Shown here: positions 22,728 to 39,588 of the stretch, in pieces
Numbering within the stretch: position 1 is the first letter of the stretch
Layout: every line of letters begins with the position of its first letter
Source: Alphaproteobacteria bacterium
Lineage (GTDB): Bacteria > Pseudomonadota > Alphaproteobacteria > UBA8317
Assembly (NCBI GenBank): GCA_038131935.1
Contig: JAYPQH010000014.1
Coordinates: forward strand, 1 to 58,239
Reading direction: 5' to 3'
Length of the DNA stretch: 58,239 bases
Notes under the pieces: generated by a model
Told to the model about the DNA's origin: nothing
Databases searched by the model: none
Seen by the model: the letters and a program-made list of their open reading frames with translations, nothing else
Position numbers and translations under genes: made by a program

Positions 22728-24900
22728 ATGAAGATTATTGATGTTGCTGTTGGTCAAGCCATTGATCGATTGAGTTATCGGGCACCTGAGGCGTGCATGC
22801 CTGGCGCATTGGTTCAGGTTCCGCTGGGTAAAAAAACAGTTGATGGCATTGTATTGGGACCAGCTTCTCATACATTGGCTGAGGAAAGGCTGAAGGATAT
22901 TGTTGCTACATACCCTCACCCATTATTGCCCTATGAAGAAATTCTTCTTTTAGATTGGCTGTCTTATTATTATCTATCCGACATTGGTCTTTTTGTGCGC
23001 ATCATGTTGCGTGGTCATCGAGACTTTTTAAAAGCTAAGCCGCCACGACAGATTGTTTATGGGTCAGCTTCGTGCCAAAGACATTCTTCTCAGAGAGAGC
23101 GGGTTTGGAGTCTATTGTCTGAACCTTTCGGGTCAGTGCGTGCTTTGGCGAAAAGAGCTGATGTGTCAGAAGGCTTAATACGTCAAATGCTTCAAGATTC
23201 TGAGCTTGTTTGGGAAGAAAAAAATCCATTTGTTTCAGATCATAAGGATGATGCTCTTTATCATCTTTCTGCACCAGCACTGAATTTTGGTCAAAAAAAG
23301 GTGCTAGATGCTATCTTATGTAATCCTTCCTGGGGTGGGCAGTTTCAGCAGGAGTTGCTGCATGGCGTGACAGGATCAGGGAAAACCCTCATCTATGCGC
23401 ATCTAACGCTGCGGATGTTACAGCGTGGACGTCAAATTCTTGTTATGGCGCCTGAAATTGCATTGGCGCAGGCTCTGGTTGATCGTTTTGCAGCTATGAT
23501 CAAATCTGATCAACAACCTGTGGCTATTCATCTATGGCATGGTGGTATGTCGCCCGCAAATCGAGCAGAAGTATGGGCTGCAGTGCAATCACGAAAGCCT
23601 TTGGTGCTTATTGGGGTGCGGTCAGCTTGCCTTGTTCCCATGCCAAATCTTGGCTTGATAATCGTGGATGAGGAGCATGACCAAGGGTATAAACAAGATG
23701 ACCCTCCCCGCTATCATGCGCGCGATGTAAGCATCAAGAAAGCTCAGCTCTATAAGATTCCTATTTTAATTGGCTCTGCCACACCAACAATTGAAAGCCT
23801 TTATTCCATGTCGGTACGTGGGGGCGTCTATCACTTGAATAATCGCGTTGATGGGCTTCAGCCAATACGCCCAGAATTGATTGATATGAGAATAGACAAG
23901 CCATTGTCAGGTGGGGTGTTGTCTGAGCCTCTATGTAACGCCATAGGGGTACATCTGGAACGCCGTGAACAAGTTTTGTTATTCATCAACCGCCGTGGAT
24001 ATGCTCCTGTGATGACATGTGGTTCCTGCGGTCAAAAACCAATCTGTACTGCATGCGACATGCGCATGATACCTCATCGGCAAACAGGGAGGCTGCTTTG
24101 CCACTGGTGCGGGCATCATGTTGAGATTCCAAAGTTCTGTACAGGCTGTGGTCAAGATGAATGGCTTTTTTTTGGGGTAGGTATTGAGAGACTTGAGGAG
24201 GAAGTGAGGAGCAGATTCCCCGATGCGAATATAGCTATGGCTTCGAGTGATATTTTAGATACAGCAAAGAAAAGTCAGCGGCTTTGGCAGGACATGCAGC
24301 ATGGTGACATTGATATTTTGTTGGGAACGCAGATGGCGACCAAAGGTCATGATATACCAAACCTTACCTTGGTGGGGTTGTAGACGGTGATCCTGACCAT
24401 GAAGCTACTGATCCTAGGGCGCGAGAACGGTTGTATCAGGTTTAGAGCAAGTGGCGGAAGGCAGAAGGCACAAGAAAGGTGGGCGTGTTCTGGTTCAAAC
24501 AACGCGTCCAGATGATTCTCTTTTTACCTATTTTGAAAAGGGTAACTTTACCGGTTTTACCCAAGTTGAAGAGGATACACGCTCACGATTGCATTTTCCT
24601 CCATTCTCCAAAATGGCGGCGGTTATTGTCTCATCTCCTGTGGAGACAACAGCAAAGTCCTTTGCATGGAGAGTTTTTTATCAAGCGCGTTTGCACAACA
24701 TTGAGGGGGCAGAATTTTTAGGACCTGTTATGGCTCCTATTTATAAGATCCGTGGAGCTTATCGCTGGCGGGTTTTGGTTCGCGCGCCGCATCGCTCACT
24801 GCTGGAAAAGGCCCTTGCGGCATGGGTTTTGCCGATACAAAAAGCAACAAAAAAAGGTTGTCGGATTGATATTGATATTGATCCTTTGACGTTTCACTGA
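22728..24900 (+). CDS. priA: Primosomal protein N' (PriA helicase); better copy, frameshifts at ~24375-24470
   Basis: GVTGSGKT, PEIAL, DEEHD, GSATP, NRRGY, CxxC zinc motifs, GTQMATKGH and C-terminal DIDP. Confidence 0.93.
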
Positions 24901-25115
24901 AGGTTCCACTAATCATTTCGTTGCAGAGATGGGGAATTTTTCTGTATGTCGTTAAGGGGTGTATTGCCGTTGGCGAAGCTGTGTGCTAGCACCTAGGCCG
25001 TTGCGCATGCGGCACAACGTGCGGTCGCACTTTTTTTTGTTCATTTTTCCTTGGCATGGGACGCAAAACACCTTAAGGCGTTCCCCGTTTGGAACGAAAT
25101 GTTGTGGGAGGGTCT

Positions 25116-25672
25116 TTGGCTGGAAAAAGTCTGTCGTACATGGAGCGAGTGGTCGCTATGCAACTGCCTTGTTCAGTTCGGCGCATGACGCAGCTGTGCT
25201 CGATCAGGTGGAAACAGATTTGATGGGCTTTGGTGAGCTTCTTGAGCAGAATGCTGAGCTGTTCTCCTTTTGCGTGTCACCGGCCATACCTTTTGAAAAG
25301 AAGTCACAAACCATTCAAAAATTGTAACCAAAGCCGGTGGGCAAGAGTTAACCGTCAAGTTCCTTGGCTATGTGGTTAGCCGTGGTCGCTTGGGGCTTAT
25401 AAAAATATTATTCGTGATTTTGCGTTTGATGGACGCGCATCGTGATGAAGTTATGGCCGAAGTCACATCAGCTATTGCAATGGAAACAGAGCAATCAGAC
25501 GCATTGTTGGCGACTTTAAAGGCTGCTCTTGGAAGAGACGTGCGCATTGAGGCGAAGGTGGATCCTTCGCTGCTCGGTGGCATGATCGTAAAAGTGGGGT
25601 CACGACTTGTCGATAACTCCATAGCTAACCAACTTACTCAACTTCAACGTAACTTGAAAAGAGGCTCGGTAA
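25116..25672 (+). pseudogene. atpH: ATP synthase delta, frameshifted duplicate (likely sequence-error copy)
   Basis: Indel-broken reverse complement of 54074..54631. Confidence 0.8.
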
Positions 25673-27189
25673 TGAACATCCAGGCCGCTGAGATTTCAGC
25701 AATCCTTAAAGAAGAGATCAAAAATTTTGGCTCGCAAACAGAAGTGGCAGAAGTAGGCCAGGTCCCTCTGGTCGGCGATGGCATCGCCCGTGTACGGATT
25801 GGATAACGGAGGCAGGGGAACTTGTCGACTTTTCTGATGGTACCAAGGGTATGGCGTTGAACCTCGAAGAGGACAATGTTGGTATCGTTGTGTTCGGTTC
25901 TGATGCAGGCATCAAAGAAGGTGACGTTGTTCGTCGCTCAGGAACGATTGTTGACGTACCTGTTGGTCGCGGCATGCTTGGTCGCGTCGTGACGCTTGCG
26001 TAACCCAATTGATGGAAAAGGCCCAATCGTTGATGTTGAACGTCGTCGCGTTGAAGTGAAAGCGCCTGGTATCATTCCACGTAAGTCTGTTCACGAGCCT
26101 ATGCAAACCGGGCTTAAGGCTGATTGATGCGCTGATCCCAGTGGGGCGTGGACAGCGTGAGTTGATCATTGGTGACCGTCAAACGGGTAAAACAGCTGTT
26201 ATTTTGGATGCATTTCTGAATCAAAAGCCTATCAATGAAGGCGATGATGAGTCTAAGAAGCTGTATTGTATCTTATGTTTGTTGGTCAAAAGCGTTCGAC
26301 TGTTGCACAGTTCGTGAAATCCCTAGAAGAGCGTGGCGCCATGGAATATTCCATTGTTGTTGCAGCCACGGCTTTGATCCTTGCTCCGATGCAGTATCTT
26401 GTTCTTATGCTGGCGCAGCGATGGGTGAGTACTTCCGTGACAATGGTATGCACGCTTTGATTGCCTTTGATGATTTGACGAAGCAGGCTGTGGCATACCG
26501 TCAAATGTCATTGGTTACTGCGTCGTCCACCAGGCCGTGAAGCATTCCCAGGAGATGTTTCTTTCTATCTGCACTCTCGTTTGTTGGAACGTGCCGCTAA
26601 AATGGGTGATGAAGCTGGTAATGATCTCTACAGCATTACTCTCCGTCATTGAAACACAGGCAGGCGATGTGTCGGCATTTATTCCTACCAACGTTATTTC
26701 CATTACTGATGGTCAGATTTTCCTGAAACAGAGTTGTTCTATCAAGGTATTAGGCCTGCGGTGAATGTAGGTTTATCTGTGTCGCGTTGGTTCAGCGGCG
26801 CAAATTAAGGCTATGAAGCAGGTCGCTGGATCTATTGTTGGAGTTGGCGCAGTACCGAGATGGCCGCATTTGCACAGTTTGATCTGATCTAGATGCGTCA
26901 ACGCAAAAATTGTTGAACCGTGGTGCTCGCCTTACTGAATTGTTGAAGCAAAATCAGTATTCTCCTTTGAAGGTAGAAGAGCAAGTTGCGGTGATTTATG
27001 CAGGCGTTAGGTTTCTTGGATTCTATACCAACCGGCGATGTTGTTCGCTTTGAACAAGGTCTTCTGCAAGAGTTGCGCTCAATCATGCGGGCTTATTGGA
27101 TGAAATCCGTGTGGAAGGTAAGTTAACGGACGCAATCGAGGCGAACCTGAACACAGCCATTGGCGATTACGCTCGCTGCATCTGCGTGA
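25672..27189 (+). pseudogene. atpA: ATP synthase alpha, frameshifted duplicate (likely sequence-error copy)
   Basis: Starts [13 protein letters not shown]; many indels relative to 52545..54074. Confidence 0.85.
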
Positions 27190-27204
27190 TGAGGAGCTAA
27201 GATT

Positions 27205-28072
<868 letters not shown>

Positions 28073-28107
28073 AGAATTTTGTTTTTAACATGACCGGTCG
28101 ATTGTAG

Positions 28108-29561
<1,454 letters not shown>

Positions 29562-29583
29562 ACGTTAGAGGGAACAACGCGTA

Positions 29584-29989
29584 ATGGCAGACCATTTAAC
29601 ATACGCAATCGTATGTCCCACCGAAGAGGTAGCAAACGGTGAGGCGCAGATGGTAACGATACCTGGTTCTGAAGGGATGTTTGGTGTTTTGGCAGGTCAT
29701 GCGCCCTTTCTGACGACAGTTAGTCAAGGGTTTGTGTTGATTGACAATGGCCAAGGCCAAGTGGACAAGATTCATGTCCGGGGTGGTTTCGCTGAGGTGA
29801 ATGCAAAAGGTCTGATGCTGGTTGTAGAAGGTGCCATTGCGTTGGCAGGCGCAGATCGGAAACATTTGCAGTCACGCTTAGAGCATTTGTCCAGAAGCTA
29901 TTGGTGCTGCGGGTGATGATGAAGCGCGGGTGGCAACGCTAAAAGAAGAGCGTGACGTCCGTCGAGATGGTTCTCTCGGAGCTTTCTGA
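29584..29989 (+). pseudogene. atpC: ATP synthase epsilon, frameshifted duplicate
   Basis: Identical to 49742..50146 up to LEHLS, then out of frame. Confidence 0.85.
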
Positions 29990-30069
29990 CAGCTATTAAC
30001 TTGACAATAAAGGCCGCGGCCATGTAAGTCGCGGTCTTTCTATTAAACTATTTGGTTTGGAGATATTCC

Positions 30070-30379
30070 ATGTATGCAGTGGTTACAATTGGTGCCGAGC
30101 AGCTTCTCGTTCAAGAAGGTCAAGAATTCTTGGTGCAAAAGTTACCAGCTGAGGATGGTGCCATCATTGAACTAGATAAAGTAAGTTTGTTTGCTTCCGA
30201 CAGTGGCAGTAAAGTTGGGACTCCTTTCGTCGAGGGTGCGAAGGTTACAGCAACTGTTGTCGGTCAAGAGAGGCGAGCATATTATTGTGTTCAAGAAACG
30301 CCGTCGTCAGAATTCAAGACGTCGTAACGGGCATCGTCAGGAACTGACGCGTGTGCGCATCGACGCAATTACAGGTTGA
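30070..30379 (+). pseudogene. rplU: 50S ribosomal protein L21, frameshifted duplicate
   Basis: 2-nt loss in the GAGAGA tract at ~30270 relative to 49350..49661. Confidence 0.85.
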
Positions 30380-30392
30380 GAAGGAATAGGAA

Positions 30393-30647
30393 ATGGCACA
30401 TAAAAAAGCTGGTGGTTCATCTCGTAATGGTCGCGATTCAGAAGCCAAAAGACTTGGCGTAAAGCGTTTTGGTGGAGAGCAAGTGATCCCTGGCAATATC
30501 CTTGTACGCCAGCGTGGTACAAAATTCCACGCTGGGGATAATGTCGGCATGGGTAAAGATCATACCCTGTTTGCTTTAACAGCTGGCAAGGTTACATTTA
30601 AAGTAGGACGCTCTCGCCGTACTTATGTGTCCGTTGATACCGTCTAA
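30393..30647 (+). CDS. rpmA: 50S ribosomal protein L27 (intact duplicate)
   Basis: [16 protein letters not shown]; protein identical to 49082..49336. Confidence 0.95.
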   Translation: MAHKKAGGSSRNGRDSEAKRLGVKRFGGEQVIPGNILVRQRGTKFHAGDNVGMGKDHTLFALTAGKVTFKVGRSRRTYVSVDTV

Positions 30648-30729
30648 GACTTTAACCGTGGTTTCGGTTTTGTATGAATATAAGCCGGTGGTTTTGTCCG
30701 CCGGTTTTTTTTTTTGAGTAGCATCGAAT

Positions 30730-31731
<1,002 letters not shown>

Positions 31732-31733
31732 AT

Positions 31734-32765
31734 ATGGTTGTTGACACCCTAAGTTCTTACAAAAGGATTGTTGTCAAAGTTGGTTCAAGCTTGTTGGTTG
31801 ATGGTGAACAGCATCAATTAAAGACTTCTTTTCTGCAAATGTTGGCAGCGGAATTGGCCGCACTCCGCGATCGACATCATGATATTATCCTCGTGTCCTC
31901 AGGGGCCATTGCCTTGGGTCGTGATCAAATAGCACTCTCATCACGATGGCAGCTGCGCCATGCGCAAGCCGCTGCTGCTGTGGGACAAATTGCTTTAGCT
32001 GGTGCATGGACAGACGCTCTTAAGAAACAAGGACTGGTTGCAGCGCAAATTCTTCTAACCATGGATGATACAGAGAACCGGCGACGTTATTTAAACGCAC
32101 GTGATACATTGGGGACATTACTTGAGTCTCATATCATTCCTATCATTAATGAGAATGATACGGTTGCCACAGAGGAAATAAGGTTTGGGGACAATGATCG
32201 GCTCGCAGCGCGCGTAGCAGCTATGATGGAAGCGGATTTGTTGGTGTTATTATCTGATGTGGATGGCTTATATGATCGTCCTCCTCACCACCAGAATGCC
32301 CAACATATTCCCCTCGTAGAGAGTATAACGAAAGACGTTCAATGCATGGCTGGTGCGTCCCAAAGTGGGTTAGGGTCTGGTGGTATGATGACCAAAATTG
32401 ATGCTGGTGTCATCGCCACAAGCTCTGGCTGTGCCATGATTATTGCGTCTGGTTTGATGCCTCAGCCTTTGAGTTATTTACAGCAAGGCGGACAACATAC
32501 GCTTTTTTACCTGTGTAGCCGCGATGGAGATGGTTGGATTAAAATAATCAAGGCGCCTCAGACGCACATTCGACGCTTTATTGCTGTAGTAACGGAAGTC
32601 AACGAGACTTTGAACGCGGGGATAGCATTCGCTCCGAAGCAGCGTTTCGCAGGTCACATGCCGATGATACGCGAAGAATTACGGGCAGCAACGCAAGATA
32701 CTGAAACGAATATTATTCAGTGAATGCGGTGCTTATATCGTGATCATCTCGTTTGTAGCGTATGA
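31734..32765 (+). pseudogene. proB: Glutamate 5-kinase duplicate; clean to ~32510, garbled thereafter
   Basis: Protein identical to the right-arm copy up to GGQHTLF, then diverges abruptly. Confidence 0.85.
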
Positions 32766-35614
32766 ATATCATGGCTCATCAACACCATGAAATCATGCGG
32801 CAGTCTATCGGTCGAGTTACTGGCACAGCAAGAGCTGTGCACCGATCATGCGCAAAACGAAATCTCGCGATTGGGAAATGGCTATGGCCATTCGGTGCAC
32901 CAAGATAAGATCATGCAGAAGCGGAGCAAAAAGGATGCTGGATTTGGGGGGCCATAAAGGTTTAACGCAGACGCGATAATTGATCGGCCAACTTCAGATG
33001 ACACCGTCTTGAAGCAAATCATCAACGGGCTTCCGGGAATATTACGGAACTGATCCTGTTGGCCGAGATCTTGGTCAGCGGACCCCATGACAAATGGGCT
33101 TCATTCAAAGAGGTTTCGGTGCTTTAAAGTTATTAATTATTATTTTGAAAGGAAGTCGACCTAATGTAACAGCAGATGCTGCAGGTTATGTATCAAATCA
33201 GCAAATGCCTCTATTCTTGCCGCGGTAGTAGTGAGGCCTTTCATACAAATTAGCCATTTATGATGCAATCAAAGAGGGACTTTCGGAACAGGCTGGATTG
33301 ACCTTCCGATGCCGCGTTTTATCCAGCACCGATAGATGCAGTTGTATATGGTCTTATCTGACATGTCGGAATATATCGATATATTGTTCCCCGTGGCAGC
33401 AAAGTGGTCGCAAGGGGCAGCAAAGTTACGTAATTCCGTTCCTCGCGCATCTCGGGGTATTTTGTCATGTAGGTCAGTAAATCTGCGGATTTTGTAAAAG
33501 TATGGCTGTAGTTTTTAACGCAAAATGGACTGGTATTTGTATAAATAGAAACTTTGTTGATTGATTATCTATTGCGGTACAGTTTTTTATTTCGCATTGC
33601 ACGCAAAGCCTTGTTGAAGACGGAGGCCGTTCCATTACGCAGATGCGAGAAATCACAGGCGATATTTATGACGCAGCCACAGCAGAGGATTGGGGATACA
33701 GAATACCCTGGCGTCTATTCCTCCATCAAAATTGTCGAAGATGCGTCGGAGGGGTAATAGCACATATTCAGAAGCATTCTTACAGGAGCATACGGAAGCT
33801 GTTATCACTGAGGATAGGACGTGGTAGCAGGTTTTTGAACAAGTGGATGCACATCCCGATGCATAACGCATCCCAACACAATTTGCCGATGGCGGTGATT
33901 TAGTTTTGGGTGCAAAATTGGCATTGCCATTAGTCAGATCATGCCCGCGTCCTGCAGGGTATAGAACAGCTGACATCTTATAAATATCCATTAGAGATGA
34001 TGGGCAGGTGCAGGCAGTGAATAGCCCGACATCATTGCCTTCCCTATCGCGTCAGGGATGAAGGTGGGCATATTAGGTGGGTCGTTTAATCCAGCGCATT
34101 CAGGGCATTTACAGATGTCCGAACTTGCTCTTCGTAAGTTGGGCCTGATAGGGTTGTTTGGATGGTTCCCACAAAACCCATTGAAGTCACGCGTTGGAAT
34201 GGAGCAATTTTTCTGACCGTTTTTTCAGCGGTGGAGGTGGCAAGGCATCCTAAAATTGTCGTTAGTGATTCTGAGCTTTTGGCACAAATCACGCGCGATC
34301 TTCATTCGCCCAAATATATCAGAGTTCACTTCGTGTGGATTATGGGGGCGGATAATTTGTATTCGATACATCACTGGGATCGTTGGACAAAAAATTTTCA
34401 AGCTGCGCCGATCGCAGTTGTAGCTAACAGATACCACGATCGGGCCGCATTCTTCCTCTGCTTCCTTGCGGTATAGGATGAGCCGTGTTGATGAACGTGA
34501 TGCAAAGTTGCTTCCCCTTTTGAAAGCACCATCTTGGGTATATTTGCACACAATGCTCAATCCTGTTTCATCAACCAAAATTTAATCAGGCTGCTTCACA
34601 AGGCTACAGCTGGCCAAATTTACAGGATGTTCAGCGATGAGCGCATAATAATTTTTTGTTTTTGTCAAAAAATTGTTATGATTAACATTGACCATAAGGG
34701 TGTGATGCATTCATTACGAATCACTTTACGGACCAACGCTTGCAATCTTTGATTGAAAAGGAGTTGAAACTGAGCTTACAATTGGCGGCGACCATACCAG
34801 CCTTAAAAGATACATTCCGTATGGAACCGCGTGATTTATTAGATCTAGCTGTCTCTTCATTAGAGGATGATAAAGCGGAGGACATCGTCTCCACATCTTC
34901 ATGGGAAAACCTCTATCGCCGACATATGTGATCGCGTCGGAGTCGGTCAGAGCATCTTTGGCTGCGTTCTGTCACGGCATCTCATCGAAACTTTGAAAAA
35001 AGTGGGTTGAAGGGGTGCGTACAGAGGGTGAAAAAAGCGGGGAATGGGCACTCATCGATGCAGGTGATGTCATTATACATATTTTTCAAGCCAGATACGT
35101 ACATTCTACAATTTGAAAGTTGTGGAATAACATCACCCCGAACCAGCGTTGATTGAACAATCAGAGTTGAGATGGAAATCAAGGTTCATGCCATAAGGCT
35201 ACCAAAGGTCCTGGAAGTCTTGAATGTGCATTATTTTAGAACGTTATAATCTGCAGCTCGCCAAATGGGGTTGGCGTCCATTGGTTTTGATGTTAAGCAA
35301 ATCTGACCAGCACGCGCAGGCAGAGCGCGAATGGCCAACGCTCAGGCAGCTCCGGAGCGGGACGCTAGTGGCCCTTGATAAACGGGGCTTGGTGATGTCT
35401 TAACCTCGCAATAATTTGCAATATTCCTATCTCCAGAGAGCACGACCAGGGGCTTCGTACCGCATTTACCTCGTAAAGCAGAGGATTTGGTGATAGTTCC
35501 GGGCGCATGTTTTTGGTTCTCTTACATGGCCACATGAATTGGCCTGCGTTATGTTGTTGTATTACCGTATCGACTCACATTCATGCTGGCCACCCATATC
35601 ATAAAGAGGGTTAG
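32762..35614 (+). pseudogene. Heavily garbled duplicates of proA (~32762-34020), nadD (~34018-34640), rsfS (~34821-35170) and rlmH (~35172-35614)
   Basis: Collinear with the reverse complement of 43949-46882 but with dense indels and substitutions; no long ORFs. Confidence 0.85.
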
Positions 35615-35619
35615 GGTCG

Positions 35620-36145
35620 ATGTTGATAACAAAAAAGGATGACGGATTCATGCTCGTTTGGCGTTGGTTAAAACGTTCGTTATTTTTTATTCTCGTCGGC
35701 ATTGTTACGATTTGGTTAGACTTTTCCCTGCCCAATGGCCGGATTGTGCATGTTGTGGGTACCTGATGTGGAAACGCATGTCAAAAACAGTCGACGGCAA
35801 AGAGCTAACAAGGGATGTATATTTTATAAGTGCTGACAATATCGATGGTCGATGCCCTATGTGTACCGCAATGAAGATGCCTGGCTTTATTTATTCAAAG
35901 TGAACTCTGCTGATATACAAGGACGTGCGCATTCGTTGGTTCAATCTCAAGATAAAACGCCAGCCTTGTTACGTTATTATGGTTATCGTTTGCAATTGTT
36001 CTCTGTTTTTCCAAACATCCTAACACTAGAGGCTGTGGATGGTGGCTATCAATATGTTCCCTATTTAAGATATTTAGCTTTCACATTGTGGGGGCTTGTT
36101 TCATTTTTTGTAGGTTTCCGGTGGCGTCATCTTATTTTTGACTGA
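35620..36145 (+). pseudogene. DUF1523-family protein, frameshifted duplicate
   Basis: Fragments match 43419..43943. Confidence 0.75.
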
Positions 36146-36211
36146 CATCACATAGCTTGCCATCACCTGCTTGCGTCTGTAGTTATCCCATGAACATATT
36201 TTGAACATGGG

Positions 36212-37492
36212 ATGCGAGCAATGAAATGGCTAGGTACTTTGGGTACAACTCTCTTGGTTTTAGGGCTTCAACCAGCATACGCTGCTGACCCCATCAATGC
36301 AGCTGATACAGCTTGGATGGCAACAGCAACTGCACTTGTTTTGTTCATGACACTCCCAGGTCTTGCACTGTTTTATGCAGGTTTGGTGCAGCCTCGTAAT
36401 GTCGTATCCGTTTTGATGCATTGTTTTTCCATAGCTTGTTTGTCGAGTGTTTTGCGGTTCGTCGTAGGATACAGTGTTGCCTTTAGTACCACCTCTCATG
36501 GTTTGTTTGAGGGCTTGAACATATCTTTCTAAGCGGCATTAGTCCGGAATTGTATCTGGATCGATACCCGAACTTTTGTTTGTAATTTTTTCAGATGACC
36601 TTTGCCATTATCACGCCAGCTTTGGTTGTTTGGTTCCTATGCCGAGCGGGTTAAGTTTTTGCCTGTTTTTGTTGTTCTCAGGAGCGTGGTTGCTGATCGT
36701 TTATGCACCTGTCACCCACTGGGTTTGGGGTGGAGCTTTTTTGGCGGATATGGGAACAATGGATTTTGCAGGTGGTATTGCCATGCAAACCGCATAGTAG
36801 CCGCGATTACCTGCCCCAGCGCCTGCCGTCGACTTTCACAAGACGGTGCAACCACCACATTCCCCGATTCTGACGATGATTGGTGCCAGTATGTTATGGG
36901 TAGGTTGGTTTGGATTTAACGGCGGTTCAGCACTGGCTGCCAATGGTCAAGCTGCGTCTGCGATGTTGGTGACCCATCTGGCTGCGGCTACTGCTTCGCT
37001 AACATGGATGATTGTTGAATGGGTGAAGTTTGGAAAGCCATCACCGATTGGCATTGTCACAGGGATGGTAGCTGGGTTGGCCACGGTAACCCCCGCATCA
37101 GGTTTTATTGGACCCATGGGTGGAATTATCCTTGGCGTTGCCGGTGGCTTGGTCTGTTATGGAGCTGTTGATTTGATAAGAGGACGTTGGAAACTTGATG
37201 ACTCTCTTGATGTTTTCGCCGTGCATGGTGTGGGTGGCATTCTTGGATCCATAGCATTGCCAATTTTAGGGCAAGCTAGTCTTGGTGGTGCACTTAAGGA
37301 TGTTGTGGTGATGGAGTCCAGTCTTGTCCAACTCCTATGCTGTCCCTGTTGTTGTCATCTGGACAGCATGTGTTTCCAGCGTTCTTGCTCTATGTTATTT
37401 CTAAATTTGCTCCTTTACGTGTTTCAGAGGAAGATGAATTTGAAGGGCTTGATATTACACAGCATGGTGAACGCGGCTATCATGGTGGGTAG
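36212..37492 (+). pseudogene. amtB: Ammonium transporter, frameshifted duplicate
   Basis: Fragments 36212, 36576 and 36846 match 42063..43352. Confidence 0.85.
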
Positions 37493-37497
37493 GTAAT

Positions 37498-38842
37498 ATG
37501 CTTCTGCCTTGGAATCCAGCCAGACAATGGCGTCGTATCGCGCGGCAAGTGGGATGGCTTTTCTTTGGCGAGGCTTACCTTTTGGCATTTCTAGGTTGCT
37601 TGTATTGGCATTCCTGCTGCTTTGTGTTTTGGTTTATCAAGATGCGGTGGTACGGATGCCCTGGTTGTTGGGGTAATATTTTTTTCTCTGGCGGCCTCCG
37701 CATTACAACCAGATCGTCGCCAATTCATCACGCGCCTTCAAAGGCTATCGCGATCTCAGAAAGATCTTAGTCATCAGCTGACGCGTGCTGACTCAAAAAT
37801 AAATGAATATGTTGAGGTCTTTGAAAGCCTTCGCGATGCCATCATGCTGTTGGATAAAAATTTAGATATTGTTATGGCCTCAAGATCGGCGCGCTCTTTG
37901 TTTCCCTCAGTTTTGCCTGGGGTTTCATTCAGCAATGCAGTGCGTCATCCGTTGGCAAATGCCGCGGTGGAAAAAGCGGTTAGTCAAGAGCGCGTGATAC
38001 AGCAAGATTACAGGGTGAGTGCGCCTGTTGACAGAGAGTTGAGCCTCCAGGCTCGTCCATTTTTAACCAAGAGCAAAGTTTTCTATATTCTTGTTGTTAT
38101 CAAAGATAGGTCCGAGGAACTAAAATTAAGTCAGCTACGAACGGATTTTATTGCCAATGCATCACATGAATTAAAAACCCCACTTACAGGGTTAATTGCT
38201 TGTTTGGAGACTTTAGAACCATATGTTCACGATTTTGGTGAGGACAGTGTAGAGAGAAAATTTTTTGATATGGCTCGGGGACAAGCCAACCGTATGCTAT
38301 GAATTGATTACTGATTTGTTATCATTGTCCCATGTTGAGTTGCAGGAACATCGCCACCCTGAAGATATTATTGATCTCAAAGGTATTATTGAGGAAGCGG
38401 CGCATCATTTGTCAGACAAAGCTGAGCGTTCAAACATCAAAAATATATTGCCAACTAGATCAAGCCCTTTTGATGCGTGGTGATGAAAGCGCAACTGCGC
38501 CAAGTTTTTACAAACCTGATTGAAAACGCGATAAAATATGGTCGAGATGAGGGGCTGTTACGGTGCAAATTGCATCGAGCGCAGCCGCCACGGGTTCGGC
38601 ATGTTTGGTATATCTGGTCAGATGACGGCAGTAGGTATTGCTCGAATGGATGCGCCGCGGCTTACAGAACGTTTCTGACAGGGTGGATCACAGCGCTCGG
38701 CACAGGTTTGGGTCTTGCTATCGCCAAACATATCATCAACCGTCATGGCGGTATGCTCATCGATAGGGCTCTGGAACCAGGTTCGGGGGAGTGTGCTCAC
38801 GGTTTGGTTTCATCAGTCGATAGGTTGTCAGAAGCCAACTAA
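37498..38842 (+). pseudogene. phoR: Phosphate-regulon sensor kinase, frameshifted duplicate
   Basis: Fragments match 40717..42057. Confidence 0.8.
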
Positions 38843-38945
38843 TTTATGAATTAAGTTGAAATCTCGACAATTTTGTCATAAAAACCGTCGCATTTGTTAC
38901 ATAAACGGAGGTCAAGCGATGTAATCTGCATCGTTCGACTTCTAA

Positions 38946-39082
38946 GTGGAGAAGATAATGATCGTAAACTCCTCGGTATCGCAGCTATCGTGGCAGCTGG
39001 TATTGCTGGCGTTGCGGAAGCTCGCGACCAAATCCGTATCGTTGGTTCATCAACGGTTCTCCCATTTCGCAACAAAGGTCGG
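38946..39082 (+). pseudogene. pstS: 5' fragment of pstS ending at the fold-back junction
   Basis: LGIAAIVAAGIAGVAEARDQIRIVGSSTV, then the sequence switches to minus-strand pstC. Confidence 0.85.
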
Positions 39083-39497
39083 CAAAGCAGGATATCATCA
39101 ACAAAAGAATGAGACGTTCAGCAGCATTGCGGGCACGAAATTCTACATCAATCCTTTTGGTGGCCAAGAACCCACCAAATAAGGCAGCGACACATGTCAC
39201 GATAGGAACAATATACGCTGTGATACTGAAAGCATCTGCGTCAACTGATGAAACCTTGAACCCGGCTGCATCCAAGGTGGGGGCCATCAAAATAGCCTGC
39301 AAAATGGAGGATGCTATGGCTGCAACAATAGCGAAGTCAAAAGTCAGCAAGGCTGCGTAGATACCATGATAAAAAGGAAGCGAGTGAGGTATACCTTCTT
39401 GTCGCGCCACACGTTGGCGATGAGCCTTATTTCTTCCAAAGAAATAGAACATTGCAGCGATGATAACTGCCGCAAGAATTGAAATACCCATAGCCAA
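39083..39497 (-). pseudogene. pstC: Phosphate ABC permease PstC, N-terminal part only (truncated by the junction)
   Basis: Directly downstream of pstS; has HSLPFYHG and FRARNAAERLI of the alphaproteobacterial PstC N-domain. After ...MISCFA the ORF reads into antisense pstS. Confidence 0.8.
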
Positions 39498-39547
39498 AAT
39501 CTCATCCTGGATCTATTTCACAGAAGACCCATTAATTATCACATATG

Positions 39548-39575
39548 ATGCGAAGGAGATCATTCTCCTCCGCAT
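39548..39575 (-). terminator. Stem-loop between pstS and pstC (mRNA-stabilising or partial terminator)
   Basis: Minus-strand AUGCGGAGGAGA-auga-UCUCCUUCGCAU, a 12-bp stem with one G-U pair. Confidence 0.6.
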
Positions 39576-39588
39576 TTTTTACGTTTTC

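Noticed and set aside
32511-32723. ProB variant with a novel C-terminal domain
   Set aside because: The tail is a garbled version of the normal PUA-domain DNA seen intact in the right arm.
38985-39497. Novel 170-aa membrane protein
   Set aside because: Chimera of the PstC N-terminus and antisense pstS sequence across the junction.
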